Shown here: positions 38,749-49,739 of the stretch, piece after piece
Layout: every line of letters starts with the position of its first letter
Position numbering within the stretch: position 1 is the first letter of the stretch
Source: an uncultured Verrucomicrobiae bacterium
GTDB lineage: Bacteria > Verrucomicrobiota > Verrucomicrobiia > Limisphaerales > Palsa-1400
Reading direction: 5' to 3'
Length of the DNA stretch: 64,000 nucleotides
Assembly (NCBI GenBank): GCA_963764165.1
Contig: CAVXRD010000002.1
Coordinates: forward strand, 1,856,001-1,920,000
Translations under genes and position numbers: made by a program
Notes under the pieces: model-generated
The model's input: the letters and a program-made list of their open reading frames with translations, nothing else
Databases searched by the model: none
What the model was told of the DNA's origin: nothing

Positions 38749-39489
38749 TCAAATTAATTGAGGACAAATGAACGATTCGTTTTTTCGTCTGACTCGTGCC
38801 CGGGAAAGAAGCTCTTGCGGGTCTTTGAAAACATCCAGCGGACCCTGAATTTCCTGGCCTTTGCGTGCCAGCCGCAACAAACCCTTCTTGTCCCGGCTCA
38901 ACGCCAGCCGTTGGTAGAGAAGACTGTTGATCTGCCGCTCCAATTCACGGGCCGACCAGTTGTTTTGGAGGGCTTCGATTTCATAGAAGGATCTCGCTTC
39001 ACGCTTCTCCATGCGCAGCAGTGTCCGATAGTGCGTCCAAGACAGGTTAGCGTGAAGCCGTCCAGGTCGCCAGGATTCCACTGGCGGGGCGTTCAGCATG
39101 GCAGGGAGAGATTCATCACGCACCGCGTGATGAATTGCCGAACTGCAGGTGCGGCGTGAAGAAATGGATTTATCACGCACTGAGTGATGAATTCTTTTCG
39201 GTAATAAATCTCCGTATTCAAGATAGAATTGCCGGAACCAACGCAGATTGGTCTCTGAATAACCTGCCCCAAATTCCGCCGTCAGTTTGCCAGCCAAATC
39301 CAGCAGCAGCATATCGCCATAACCAGCCTTTTTCTCGCCCTGCTGCTCCTCCTCCACAATCTCCCGCCCGATCAGCCAGTTCGCGATCACCTGCGTGGTG
39401 TTCACCGTGCGCGTCACGCCCGTCCGGGCCGATTCCAGAATCTCGCGGACGCGCTGGTAAAGCGCTTTGGTCCTCGTTTTCTTCTTCAT
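38749..39489 (-). pseudogene. DUF1016/YhcG-family protein truncated before its PD-(D/E)XK domain
   Basis: WLIGREIVEEEQ.G...YG, NLRWFRQFY, LSWTHY, WSARELERQI, VFKDP then an unrelated 22 aa tail. Confidence 0.8.
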
Positions 39490-39543
39490 GCTCGACGACA
39501 TTATATCATCCCTCCAAATCGTTAAGGAGCATTCTGGATGCGA

Positions 39544-41586
39544 TTACCAAACTGAAACGCGCTTTTCCGGCGGGCGCCACATGGGGGAGCCGGGCTTGAC
39601 TCCGAAGGCTTCGTAGAAATCCGGCATGTTCGACAGCGGGCCGATGACGCGCCATTTGGCGGGGGCGTGGACGTCGCTGAGCAGGGCGCGGCGCAGGCGC
39701 TCGTCGCGTTCCTGGAACAACCACGAATAAGCATAGGCGAGGAAGTAACGCTGCAACGGAGTCAGCCCGCCGATTTTTTTGCCTTCGCGATATTGTTCGG
39801 TCTTTTTGAAAGCGTCCAGTCCGAGCAGCAAGCCGCCGTAATCGGCCAGATTCTCGCCGAGGCTCGCCTTGCCGTTGATGTGCAATCCGGGCAGCGGTTC
39901 ATACGCGTCGAATTGCGCCGCCATCACTTCGGCCCGTTTTTGGAAACGCGCGGCGTCTTCCGTGGTCCACCAATCGGTCAGATTTCCTTTGGCGTCGAAC
40001 TTGCGGCCTTCGTCGTCGAAACCGTGAGTGATTTCGTGGCCGATGGTGGAGGCGGCGGCGTATCCGTAAACAAACGCGTCGTCCAATTGATCATCGCGCA
40101 TGCCGGGCACGGCGAACATCGCGGCGGGCAGGACGATTTCGTTGTTGGCGGGTTCGTAATAGGCGTTGTAGGTCTGCGGGGTCATCTCCCATTCGGTGCG
40201 GTCGACGGGTTTGCCGAATTTGGAAATCATGTCGTTGTAACCCCAGCGCGAGGCGTTCATCATGTTCTCGCAATAGGAATTCGTGCTGATGACAAGCGCG
40301 GAGTAATCCTTCCATTTATCGGGATAACCGACCTTGGAGACAATTTTGGCCAGCTTCTCGTGCGCTTTGGCTTTCGTGGCGGCGCTCATCCAATCCAGCT
40401 TGTCGATGCGCTCGCCATAGGAAGTGCGGATAGCTTCGACGAGATTGGAATAGCGCTCCTTGGTCTTGGGCGGGAAGTATTCTTGCACAAAAATGCGGCC
40501 GAGAATCATTCCCATGGCGTGGCCTTGCGAATCCAGCGTGCGTTTCCAGCGCGGGCGCTGCTCTTTCTGGCCGGATAGCACTTTGCCCGCGAAAGAAAAC
40601 TCCTCCTCATCCCACGCCTTGCTCAGATATTCCGCGTAATCCGAAACCAAGTGGACGCGCAGGTAATCTTTTAAAACCGGAATCGGCGTCTTGGCGACCA
40701 AATGATTCATCGCCTTGAAGAATTCCGGCTGGCCTACAATCACGACGTCCGTGTGAAGAGCCATTTGGTTCAGGCGGTCATCCCAATGAATCAGCGGCGT
40801 GTATTTGGCAATGAGTTCGGCTGGCCCCATCTTGTTGTAATTGTGATCGGGGTCGCGCAAATCCTCCATTTTGCGGGAATCCTTGGCCAGCGCCGTCTCG
40901 AATTTCATGATCTTTTCCGCCGCCGATTTGGCCTCCCGCTCGGTGCGTCCCAGCATTTTCAACATGCGCGCCATGTGCGCGACGTATTCCTTGCGAATCT
41001 TCGCGGTGCCCGCTTCGGGATTGAAATAGAAATCGCGCTCCGGCAATCCCAGCCCGCCCTGGCTGATATGGACAGACATCAAATCGCTTTGTTTCTCGTC
41101 CTGGCCGACGCCGACGTCGAAAAAAGCGCCCACGCCGAGCGGCCGCAGAGCGAAAGCAACGTCCAACACATCGTTGACGTTTTTGATGGCATCAATCTGC
41201 GCGAGTTGCGGCTGGAGCGGTGTGAGACCGGCGCGCTCCGCCTTTTCCTCATCCATCGCCGTGCGCCAGAAGTCGCCGATCTTCTGCTGGTCGGAACCGG
41301 CCGGCGAATGCGCCTGCGCCGCGTCTTCGTTGATTTTGCGGAGTTTCCCGTAGAGTTCCTCATTGACCAGCTTGCCGACGCCCCATGTTGATTCCGAGGG
41401 CGGGATGGGATGGCGTTTCAGCCAAAGCCCATTGGCATATGTGAAGAAATCCGTTCCCGGGTCAACGGATGAGTCAATGTTGGCGGCGAGAATGTCTGCC
41501 TTATCGGGGTCCGCCGCTTGCGCAATTAAACGCGGCCCGGCAATTACCAAGCCAAGGGCGGCAACGGCGATATGAACCTTTTTCAT
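39544..41586 (-). CDS. M13 (neprilysin/PepO-type) metallopeptidase
   Basis: DFFTYANG.W, NAYY, GHEITHGFDD, GENLAD. Confidence 0.95.
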   Translation of the reverse strand: MKKVHIAVAALGLVIAGPRLIAQAADPDKADILAANIDSSVDPGTDFFTYANGLWLKRHPIPPSESTWGVGKLVNEELYGKLRKINEDAAQAHSPAGSDQQKIGDFWRTAMDEEKAERAGLTPLQPQLAQIDAIKNVNDVLDVAFALRPLGVGAFFDVGVGQDEKQSDLMSVHISQGGLGLPERDFYFNPEAGTAKIRKEYVAHMARMLKMLGRTEREAKSAAEKIMKFETALAKDSRKMEDLRDPDHNYNKMGPAELIAKYTPLIHWDDRLNQMALHTDVVIVGQPEFFKAMNHLVAKTPIPVLKDYLRVHLVSDYAEYLSKAWDEEEFSFAGKVLSGQKEQRPRWKRTLDSQGHAMGMILGRIFVQEYFPPKTKERYSNLVEAIRTSYGERIDKLDWMSAATKAKAHEKLAKIVSKVGYPDKWKDYSALVISTNSYCENMMNASRWGYNDMISKFGKPVDRTEWEMTPQTYNAYYEPANNEIVLPAAMFAVPGMRDDQLDDAFVYGYAAASTIGHEITHGFDDEGRKFDAKGNLTDWWTTEDAARFQKRAEVMAAQFDAYEPLPGLHINGKASLGENLADYGGLLLGLDAFKKTEQYREGKKIGGLTPLQRYFLAYAYSWLFQERDERLRRALLSDVHAPAKWRVIGPLSNMPDFYEAFGVKPGSPMWRPPEKRVSVW

Positions 41587-41690
41587 GGTGTCGGATGATA
41601 GATGAATACGCCGGGCGTCGCCACGATTATTGCAAGAACACGACGAATGCTCCCGCCTTCAACCATCGCGTCACCAAACAAAACAAAAGT

Positions 41691-41777
41691 TTGAACAGGA
41701 GGAAGACCGAGGGCGCGGAGACTGAAAAGCAATCTCAAAAAGTTCTTCTCTGCGCTCTCGGCCTTCCTCCTGTTCAA
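41691..41777. repeat. REP-like inverted pair
   Basis: TTGAACAGGAGGAAGACCGAGGGCGCGGAGA...TCTCTGCGCTCTCGGCCTTCCTCCTGTTCAA; a single arm recurs near 63254-63283. Confidence 0.75.
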
Positions 41778-42544
41778 GTTTCAAGACCTGTGAACGGTTT
41801 ATGCTGGCAGACTTGTTCCAGCATTGGGCTGCGCACTGTCGCGCCCATGAAAAAATGTTGAAAGGAGGTGACTGCTTTCTTTGCTTCAAAATTGGACAGA
41901 CTGACGATGAGTGTCTCCAAATCGGGACGCCACACTAAGCAATGCTATCGGGATTAACCTGATGTGAAGGAGGGTTTGCCAGGCATTCGTGTGGAAAAAT
42001 CGAAAAATATTTTCGAGCCGGCGCGACGACTGTTTCCAGAGGGAAAAGCAGCCGGAAGGCGCTCTGTCGCCAAAACATGCGAAACTTTTCGCTAAAGTTT
42101 CACTAAAGGGAAACCGATATACGAACGCTAAGCCCGAGAATGGCCGCGTTTCCATTGACAGCGGCCAGCCTGTCCTTCGCCATTTCATAAATCCCTGATT
42201 TGCAAAACGTTTGACGTTTTTCTCCACTTCCCGCCGATTTCGAAGCGGCGGTGGAGGGCGGAACGTCCACGCTGACTGCCGTTGTTCGGCTGACAAGGGG
42301 TGGGAACGCCAGTTGCTTATGGATAGTCACCTGAAGAAAAGGTGATCTTGACTAGTTCCATACAAATGACAGTCTCCGGCACGCTCGACAAAAGTGCGGC
42401 GCATGTGCGCCACCTCGAAGCCATCGGAACTGTCATTAATAATATGGAACCACCTATTCTAGCATCCCCTGCGGGCAACGATAAAATCTGGAGCATTCTG
42501 AGCGGCCTCTCCGCTCCGCTCACCAACCCACTCGTGAGGTGTGC

Positions 42545-43843
42545 ATGAGCGCGCAGCATCCCACATCACGGCGGAACTTCCTGAAAGCTTCAGCCCTGGC
42601 CGGCGGGGCGCTGATGATGCCCGCCATACTCGCCAGCCGGGCCTCGGCGCAGCAGGACGATACGATCCTCAAGGTCGGCCTCATCGGCTGCGGCGGCCGC
42701 GGCACGGGTGCCGCAAGCCAGGCCTTGAGCGCCGACAAGAACGTTGTCTTGACAGCGATGGCGGACGTCTTCGAAGAAAAGCTCCGCACCAATCTCGAAA
42801 ATCTGCAAAAGCAATTTCCCGACAAAGTGAAGGTCGATCCCGATCATAGCTTCGTCGGGCTGGATGCCTACCAGAAGGTGATTGACAGCGGCGTGGACGT
42901 CGTTCTGTTGGCGACGCCTCCAGGATTCCGCCCGATGCATCTGAAGGCCGCCGTGGCCGCGGGCAAGCATATCTTCTGCGAAAAGCCGGTGGCGACGGAC
43001 GCGCCGGGCATCCGCTCGGTGCTGGAAAGCGTCGCGGAGGCGAAGAAGAAAAACCTGGCGCTGGTCGCCGGTTTCTGCTGGCGCTACAACCTCGCCGAGC
43101 GCGCCCTTTTCGGGCGCATTCGCGACGGCGCCATCGGTGATGTTCGCGTGACCTACGCGACTTACTACACCGGCGCGGTCAAACCGATGCCGCCAGCCAG
43201 CGAGCGCCCCGCCGCGATGTCAGATCTCGAATGGCAATTGCGCAATTGGTACAACTTCAACTGGCTCTCCGGCGACAGCCTGGTGGAGCAGGCGGTGCAT
43301 GCCGTCGATTGGATTCTGTGGTCGATGGGCGATCAATTGCCCGTCAAAGCCATGGCTGTGGGCGGCCGCCAGATTCCGTCGCCCGGTGGAAATATATTTG
43401 ACCATTTCGAGGTCAATTACGAATTCCCGGGCAATGCGCGCGGTTTCCTCGGCAGCCGCCAGCAGGCAGGCGCCGCCGACGACAATACGGCGACAATTTT
43501 TGGAACGCAGGGTGAAGGCCGCGAACTGGGCTTCAACGGAATGCCATTCATCAAGGGCGCGAAGCCCTGGCGTTACGAGGGGCCGCGGCCGAACATGTAT
43601 CAAGTGGAGCACGACGAGCTGTTTGCGTCGATCCGCAGCGGCAAGCCCATCAACGATGGCGTGCGCATAGCGAATACGTCGCTGGCGGCGATCATGGGCC
43701 GCATGGCTGCCTACACAGGGCAGGAAATCACGTGGGACATGGCTCTCCATTCGCAGGAGAAACTGGTCCCGGAACACATTGATTGGAAAACTCCAATATC
43801 TGTCCCGACGTGGGCCATGCCCGGCAAGACAAAGTTCATCTAA
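42545..43843 (+). CDS. Tat-exported Gfo/Idh/MocA oxidoreductase
   Basis: SRRNFLK; GLIGCGGRG; CEKP; EQAVH. Confidence 0.93.
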   Translation: MSAQHPTSRRNFLKASALAGGALMMPAILASRASAQQDDTILKVGLIGCGGRGTGAASQALSADKNVVLTAMADVFEEKLRTNLENLQKQFPDKVKVDPDHSFVGLDAYQKVIDSGVDVVLLATPPGFRPMHLKAAVAAGKHIFCEKPVATDAPGIRSVLESVAEAKKKNLALVAGFCWRYNLAERALFGRIRDGAIGDVRVTYATYYTGAVKPMPPASERPAAMSDLEWQLRNWYNFNWLSGDSLVEQAVHAVDWILWSMGDQLPVKAMAVGGRQIPSPGGNIFDHFEVNYEFPGNARGFLGSRQQAGAADDNTATIFGTQGEGRELGFNGMPFIKGAKPWRYEGPRPNMYQVEHDELFASIRSGKPINDGVRIANTSLAAIMGRMAAYTGQEITWDMALHSQEKLVPEHIDWKTPISVPTWAMPGKTKFI

Positions 43844-43923
43844 CCCCGCGCCTTCCATGAATGCTTTTTTCTTTAACACGCACCGGCAGCCCTCAACGGC
43901 GGCGGTGAACCTGAGATACGCAA

Positions 43924-46900
43924 ATGAAAAAGCACATCTGTGGAAGGTCGGCCCCTTGGGCAGGGGTTTTGAGTTTTGGACTGGCTCGGCGCGCAGCGGC
44001 GTTTTTCGCGCTCTGCGCGCTGCCGCTCCCGCTCCACGCGGGAATGCAACGCCTGCATGACACCGTCCCGCCCGTGGTGGCCCGTCTGAAAGCCACCGGC
44101 GCCCTGCCGGCCGATCAGGACATGGAATTGGCGCTCACCCTGCCGATGCAGCATCAGGAGGCCTTCGAGCAGCTTTTCAAAGATGTCACGGATCCTTTCA
44201 GCCCGCGCTACCGCCATTACCTGACGCACAATCAATTCGCCCAGCAGTTCGGCGCGTCCGAAGCCGATTACGAAGAGCTGGCGGCCTTTGCCGAAAGATC
44301 CGGTTTGACAGTGACGGCGCGGCATCTGGACCGCACTCTCCTCAATGTCCACGGCAGCGTGGCGGCGATTCAAAAAGCCTTTCGCGTGAGACTGCGCACC
44401 TATCGCCATCCCATTGAAGACCGCGAGTTTTTCTCCGCTGACACCGATCCCGCGATTGAATGCCAGGCGGCCGGCGTCCGAGTGATCGGCCTGGATGACT
44501 TTGCCCGCCCCCATCGCAGCCAGGCGGCGGCCCGCCCCGTGGACCCGAAGGCCGCGGCAACAGGCGGTTCCGGCCCGGCGGGAACCTACTGGGGCTGCAA
44601 TTTCCGGGCCGCTTACGCGCCTGGCGTTTCGTTGACAGGCGCCGGGCAGAAGGTCGCGCTGGTGGAGTTTGACGGGTACTATCCAGGCGACGTCGCGAAC
44701 TACGCGAAGAAAGCCGGATTGCGCGGCGTTCCCGTGAAGGACGTCTGTGTCAACACCGCCACCGTCGCGCCAGGGGCCAACAACGCGGAAGTGGCGGGCG
44801 ATATTGAAATGATCAACTCCATGGCGCCCGGCCTTTCCGCCATCGTGGTCTATCAATCCAGCAGCACCACCCAGCCGGCGATTCTCAATCTGTTTGCCAA
44901 AATCAAGGAAGACAACTCCGCGCGGCAAATCAGCATGTCCTGGACTCTTCCCGACGCGGGATACGGCTCCTACGCCACCTATGACAGCATTTTCAAAACC
45001 TACGCCGTGCAGGGCCAGAGCTTTTTCGCCTGCGCGGGAGACCAGGATGCCGACCGGCTCTCCGCTTACTACAACGACGATCCTTATATCACCATCGTCG
45101 GCGGCACCTGCTTGAACACGGATTCCAATGAAAATTGGATTTCCGAAGTTGTGTGGAACGACCGGACGGCAATGGCGGGCGGCCCGGCTTACAACGGCAC
45201 GGCTGGCGGCGTCAGCTCCAATTATTCAATCCCGTCGTGGCAATTGGGCACCAGCATGGCGGCCAATGGCGGCTCGGCCAAGTTCCGCAACTATCCCGAT
45301 GTCTCGATCATTGCCTGCAACATTTATGAATACGTGGCCGACGGCCAGCAATGGATCGGCGAGGGAACAAGTTTCGGCGCGCCGCTCTGGGCCGCGTTCA
45401 ACGCGCTTGTCAACGAACAGGCGGCCTCCAACGGATTGCCGGCGGTCGGGTTTCTCAATCCGCTCCTCTATGCCATCGGAAATTCCGCGCTGGGGCAAAG
45501 CGCGTTTCATGACGTGACTTCCGGCGACAATAATTTCGACGGCTGGACAGGAAAGTATTATTCCGCCGCTCCCGGCTACGATCTGGTCAGCGGCTGGGGC
45601 ACGCCGAACGGCTCCAATTTGATCAGTTACCTCGCTGGCCCCTCGCAGGATTATCCGGCGGCGGCCATTCTCCATAATTTCCTAAACGGCGATGACGGCA
45701 GCGGGCCATCCGCCTCGCTGAGTTTGTCCGGCAACACGCTTTTCGCCGCCGCCGCAACGGGTGGAAAAAGCGGCTGCGGCACAATCTGCTCGGTCACGAC
45801 GTCCGGCAGCAACTTCACCATTCTCCATTCTTTCACCAACGGCCTCGACGGCGGATTGCCATATTCCCCGCTGACCATTTCCGGCGGCGCGATTTACGGC
45901 GCGGCTTCCGTTGGGGGTGCTTCCAGCCATGGAACGATCTTCTCCATGTCCACAAGTGGCTCTGGCTTCAAGGTTCTTCACAGCTTCGGAGGAGCCGATG
46001 GAAATGGCACGGAATCCCCGCTGCTTCTTGTCGGCTCGACACTTTATGGCGTGTGCGCCACCGGCGGCGCGGATAACGCCGGGGTGATTTTCTCGATCTC
46101 CACGAGCGGGGCGAAATTCAAGGTCCTCCACACTTTCACGAGCGGCGCGGATGGCGCGTTCCCTTGCGGCGAACTGGCGCTCAGCGGCACGACACTTTAC
46201 GGCACGGCTTGCGGCGGCGGCGCTCATGGCGATGGCACGGTCTTCTCGATTTCCACTTCCGGCGCGAATTTCAAAACCCTCCACGCGTTCACTGGTGAAA
46301 GCGACGGCGCTGGCGCCAGCGGCGGCGTGACCCTTGCGGGCGGCATGCTGTATGGAACGGCTGCGGAAGGCGGCTCAGCCCAGGACGGAACGATTTTCTC
46401 GCTCAACACGTCCGGCTCCGTGTTCAAGGTTCTCTATGCCTTTACCAATGGCATTGATGGTGCGACGCCCCATTCAGCGTTGACGCTTGCCGGCGGCACT
46501 CTTTACGGCACAGCCTCGGCGGGCGGCACGTGGGGAGACGGCACTGTGTTTTCGCTGCCGACCAGCGGGGTGTCATTCACTTCCATCCACAGTTTCTCGG
46601 GCGGCGATGGGTGGATGCCATATTCAGCCCCGGTCTTCTCCGGCGCGGTTCTCTATGGAACAACGGTTGAAGGCGGAACGGATAACGAAGGCGCAGTTTA
46701 CTCCCTCCCCTTGATGTCCTTGGTCAATTGGTGGGCAGCCGAGGGCACCGCCAAGGACAGCGTGCCGTTCGCGCGGGACATCGGCGCAAATGAAGCGGCC
46801 CCCACTTGCACCGGCGTCACCTATGCTCCGGGACATTCTGGCGAGGGCTTCCAATTCAACGGCGCATCGTGCGTCAACTTCGGCCCCAGCGCGGGCAATT

Positions 46901-47310
46901 TCGGGACGAATAATTTTGCGGTGGATTTCTGGATCGCGACTTCGGCATCGGGCGCCCAAACGATTCTCGGGAAACGTCCGACCTCGGGCTTCGCCAGCCT
47001 GTGGGGCTTCCGCATGGGGGCCGACGGCACGGTGAACTTTTCCATCTGCGCCAATGCGTCTGGCAAAGACAACCGCGTTCTGACCTCCGCTTCCGCCATC
47101 AACGACGGCAGCTTCCACGAAGTCACCGCCGTCCGCCTCGGACTTGATGTGTTCCTTTACATCGACGGCAAGTTGAGCGCCGAGGGCGCCACCGGCAGCA
47201 TCGCGGACATCTCCAACACGACGGCCCTGACCGCCGGCTGGGAACCCTGCGTCTCCGGCGAAGCGCAATTCGACGGCGTCCTTGATGAAATCAAGCTTTA
47301 CGAATATTAG
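43924..47310 (+). CDS. S53 (sedolisin) peptidase with pro-domain, GloVer-like tandem repeats and LamG
   Basis: EVAGD, AGD and GTS catalytic motifs; about 7 LYGT...GT(V/I)FS...LH.F repeats; DEIKLY. Confidence 0.9.
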   Translation: MKKHICGRSAPWAGVLSFGLARRAAAFFALCALPLPLHAGMQRLHDTVPPVVARLKATGALPADQDMELALTLPMQHQEAFEQLFKDVTDPFSPRYRHYLTHNQFAQQFGASEADYEELAAFAERSGLTVTARHLDRTLLNVHGSVAAIQKAFRVRLRTYRHPIEDREFFSADTDPAIECQAAGVRVIGLDDFARPHRSQAAARPVDPKAAATGGSGPAGTYWGCNFRAAYAPGVSLTGAGQKVALVEFDGYYPGDVANYAKKAGLRGVPVKDVCVNTATVAPGANNAEVAGDIEMINSMAPGLSAIVVYQSSSTTQPAILNLFAKIKEDNSARQISMSWTLPDAGYGSYATYDSIFKTYAVQGQSFFACAGDQDADRLSAYYNDDPYITIVGGTCLNTDSNENWISEVVWNDRTAMAGGPAYNGTAGGVSSNYSIPSWQLGTSMAANGGSAKFRNYPDVSIIACNIYEYVADGQQWIGEGTSFGAPLWAAFNALVNEQAASNGLPAVGFLNPLLYAIGNSALGQSAFHDVTSGDNNFDGWTGKYYSAAPGYDLVSGWGTPNGSNLISYLAGPSQDYPAAAILHNFLNGDDGSGPSASLSLSGNTLFAAAATGGKSGCGTICSVTTSGSNFTILHSFTNGLDGGLPYSPLTISGGAIYGAASVGGASSHGTIFSMSTSGSGFKVLHSFGGADGNGTESPLLLVGSTLYGVCATGGADNAGVIFSISTSGAKFKVLHTFTSGADGAFPCGELALSGTTLYGTACGGGAHGDGTVFSISTSGANFKTLHAFTGESDGAGASGGVTLAGGMLYGTAAEGGSAQDGTIFSLNTSGSVFKVLYAFTNGIDGATPHSALTLAGGTLYGTASAGGTWGDGTVFSLPTSGVSFTSIHSFSGGDGWMPYSAPVFSGAVLYGTTVEGGTDNEGAVYSLPLMSLVNWWAAEGTAKDSVPFARDIGANEAAPTCTGVTYAPGHSGEGFQFNGASCVNFGPSAGNFGTNNFAVDFWIATSASGAQTILGKRPTSGFASLWGFRMGADGTVNFSICANASGKDNRVLTSASAINDGSFHEVTAVRLGLDVFLYIDGKLSAEGATGSIADISNTTALTAGWEPCVSGEAQFDGVLDEIKLYEY

Positions 47311-47548
47311 GAGTATTGCGCACCCGTGGAAGATGCCGGAGACATCATAGCTTGCAGCCGGTGGTTGAGCGAAGTAACGCTTCGCTCAACCACCGGCTGC
47401 AAGCTTCCATCCCTGCCGGGATGCCGCCAACCGCGCTTATTGAAATAGTTCATTGGCTTCGACTCTGCCTTGCCAAATTTAACCATTCCTTAACAATTTT
47501 TTCCGGTTTGCCAAACTCGCGCTTAATATGGGGAGTGTCTCATGATCG

Positions 47549-48700
47549 GTGAAACGTGTAGTTTCAGACATGCGCTTGGCGAACCTTTCCAATTTAAGCT
47601 GGCGGCTGCGGACGATGATGTTCGCGGTTTTGGCGTGGCTTTTCATTGGCTTTGCCGCGTTGGCCCACGAGCCGAGCAAGAGTTTTCTCAGCCTGAAATT
47701 TGAGCCGGGGCGTCTGGTGGGGCAATGGGACGTTCCTCTCGGCGATTTAAGCAAGGTTGTGCCGCAGCCGGATTCCGGCGTCGCGAAGTCAGTGCCATAC
47801 CTCTGGTCGCATTTGGAAATTAGGATCGATGGCCGCAGTGCCACGCTTCGCGCGAACGGTGAGCCTGTTCCCGAGCAATTGTCCGACGGCAATTATTTTC
47901 AATTCAACTTCGTCGTGGAAGGCACAGCGCATCCACAAACTGTGGACGTAAAATATACGGCGTTTTTCGAAACGAATTCGCTCCATCGCGGCTTGTTGCG
48001 TGTGGAATCGGATGGGAAAACGCAGGTGGCGGCTTTTTCTCCCGGGCATGTTTCGCAAGAATTCCAACTGGGGGCGCCAGCCCGGCAAGCGCAGTTCTTC
48101 GATTTTGTCCGGGAAGGCATTTGGCACATCGGGACGGGTTATGACCACATATTATTCCTGCTCGCGCTGCTGCTGCCGTCGGTCTTGCGGCGCGAGGCGG
48201 ACGGGTGGCGGCCGGTGGAGGCATTGCGCCCGGCGTTTCTAAATGTTCTCAAGATTGTCACTGCCTTCACGCTGGCGCATTCGCTCACGCTCAGCCTCGC
48301 GGCGCTGGGCATCGTCCGGCTGCCTTCGCGGGTCACCGAATCGGCCATTGCGCTGTCGGTGGTGCTGGCGGCGCTGAATAATTTGTGGCCGATGGTGCGC
48401 GAACGCGGCTGGATGCTGGCCTTCGGTTTCGGATTGATTCACGGGTTTGGTTTTGCAACCGCGCTCTCCGATCTCGGACTTGCCCACGGCGCGATGGCCC
48501 TCACGTTGATTGGATTCAACCTCGGCGTGGAAATTGGGCAGCTCGCCATTGTGGCAGTTTTTCTGCCGGTGGCGTTTGCCTTGCGGCGCACCTGGCTTTA
48601 TCGCGAGCCATTGCTGGGCTTCGGCTCGGTTAGCATCGGAATGATCGCCGCCGCGTGGTGCGCCGAACGCGTGTTGAATATCCGCTTCATGCCTTTCTGA
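47549..48700 (+). CDS. HupE/UreJ-family membrane protein with N-terminal extracytoplasmic domain
   Basis: GIWHI.TGYDHILFL, AFTLAHS.TL, FGLIHGFGFA, FNLGVEIGQ. Confidence 0.9.
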   Translation: MKRVVSDMRLANLSNLSWRLRTMMFAVLAWLFIGFAALAHEPSKSFLSLKFEPGRLVGQWDVPLGDLSKVVPQPDSGVAKSVPYLWSHLEIRIDGRSATLRANGEPVPEQLSDGNYFQFNFVVEGTAHPQTVDVKYTAFFETNSLHRGLLRVESDGKTQVAAFSPGHVSQEFQLGAPARQAQFFDFVREGIWHIGTGYDHILFLLALLLPSVLRREADGWRPVEALRPAFLNVLKIVTAFTLAHSLTLSLAALGIVRLPSRVTESAIALSVVLAALNNLWPMVRERGWMLAFGFGLIHGFGFATALSDLGLAHGAMALTLIGFNLGVEIGQLAIVAVFLPVAFALRRTWLYREPLLGFGSVSIGMIAAAWCAERVLNIRFMPF

Positions 48701-48713
48701 AAATGGAAAAATT

Positions 48714-49739
48714 ATGAAAAGAAAAATGATCCTCACCTCAACTCTAATTCTGTTTTGCTTGTGGCTGGGCCGTGCCAGCTTCGCGCAGGACACCCCGGCC
48801 ATCGGCAAAGCGAATGGGCAAATCGCCGAGGCCGCGAAAAAATTTCTCGCAACCCTCGATGACAATCAGCGCGGCAAAGTGGTTTACGATTTCAAGGACG
48901 CCGCGCAGCGAAAGAGATGGTCGAACCTTCCCACAACATTTGTGAAGCGCGGTGGATTGCGCCTGGGCGACCTTACGAAGGCGCAGCGCGATTCGATTGA
49001 CGCGCTGCTGGAGGCGGCCCTGAGCGCGAGCGGCTACCAAAAGGCCATGGAGATCGTGCAAGCCGACGAAATTCTCAAACAAGGCGGTGACGGAAGGATG
49101 TTCGGCAAAGACGAATATTATATTTCGTTTCTCGGCCAGCCGTCGGCCACCGAGCCGTGGATGATTCAATTCGGCGGGCATCACCTCGGGCTGAATGTCA
49201 CGCTCGCCGGTGACAACGCCACGCTCGCGCCGAGCCACGTCGGCGCGCAGCCGGCCATTTACGAATTTGAAGGCAAAACCGTGCGCCCGCTCGGGCGCGA
49301 AGTGGACAAGGCGCTTGCCCTCATCACTTCGCTCGATGAAGGGCAGCGCAAGAAGGCCATTCTCGGATTTCAAGTTCGCGACCTCGTCCTCGGCCCAGGC
49401 CGCGACGGACAATCGATCCAGCCCGAAGGAATCAAGGGATTCGACCTGACCGAAAAGCAGCGCGGCATGCTTATCGATTTGGCAAGTGAATGGACGGGCA
49501 TTCTCAATGACGCCGCGGGCAAAGCGAAGCTGGAAGAATTGAAACAGCACGCTGCGGATACATGGTTTGCGTGGAGCGGGCCGGTCGAAAAAGGCAAAGC
49601 CGCCTACTTCCGAATTCAAGGCCCCACGGTGCTGATTGAGTATGCGCCTCAGGGCCTTGGCGGCGATTGGATGAAACACACGCACACCATTTACCGCGAC
49701 CCCGCCAACGATTACGGCGCCAAATGGTGGAAGCAATGA
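48714..49739 (+). CDS. DUF3500-family secreted protein
   Basis: WSNLP, GLRLGDL, W..QFGGHHL, YFRIQGP..LIEY, H.H.IYRD..NDYG. Confidence 0.88.
   Translation: MKRKMILTSTLILFCLWLGRASFAQDTPAIGKANGQIAEAAKKFLATLDDNQRGKVVYDFKDAAQRKRWSNLPTTFVKRGGLRLGDLTKAQRDSIDALLEAALSASGYQKAMEIVQADEILKQGGDGRMFGKDEYYISFLGQPSATEPWMIQFGGHHLGLNVTLAGDNATLAPSHVGAQPAIYEFEGKTVRPLGREVDKALALITSLDEGQRKKAILGFQVRDLVLGPGRDGQSIQPEGIKGFDLTEKQRGMLIDLASEWTGILNDAAGKAKLEELKQHAADTWFAWSGPVEKGKAAYFRIQGPTVLIEYAPQGLGGDWMKHTHTIYRDPANDYGAKWWKQ

Noticed and set aside
41858..41875. TCACCTCCTTT on the minus strand resembling the 16S rRNA 3' end
   Set aside because: No flanking rRNA similarity
42230..42340. Possible SAM/cobalamin riboswitch
   Set aside because: Core conserved motifs not found by eye
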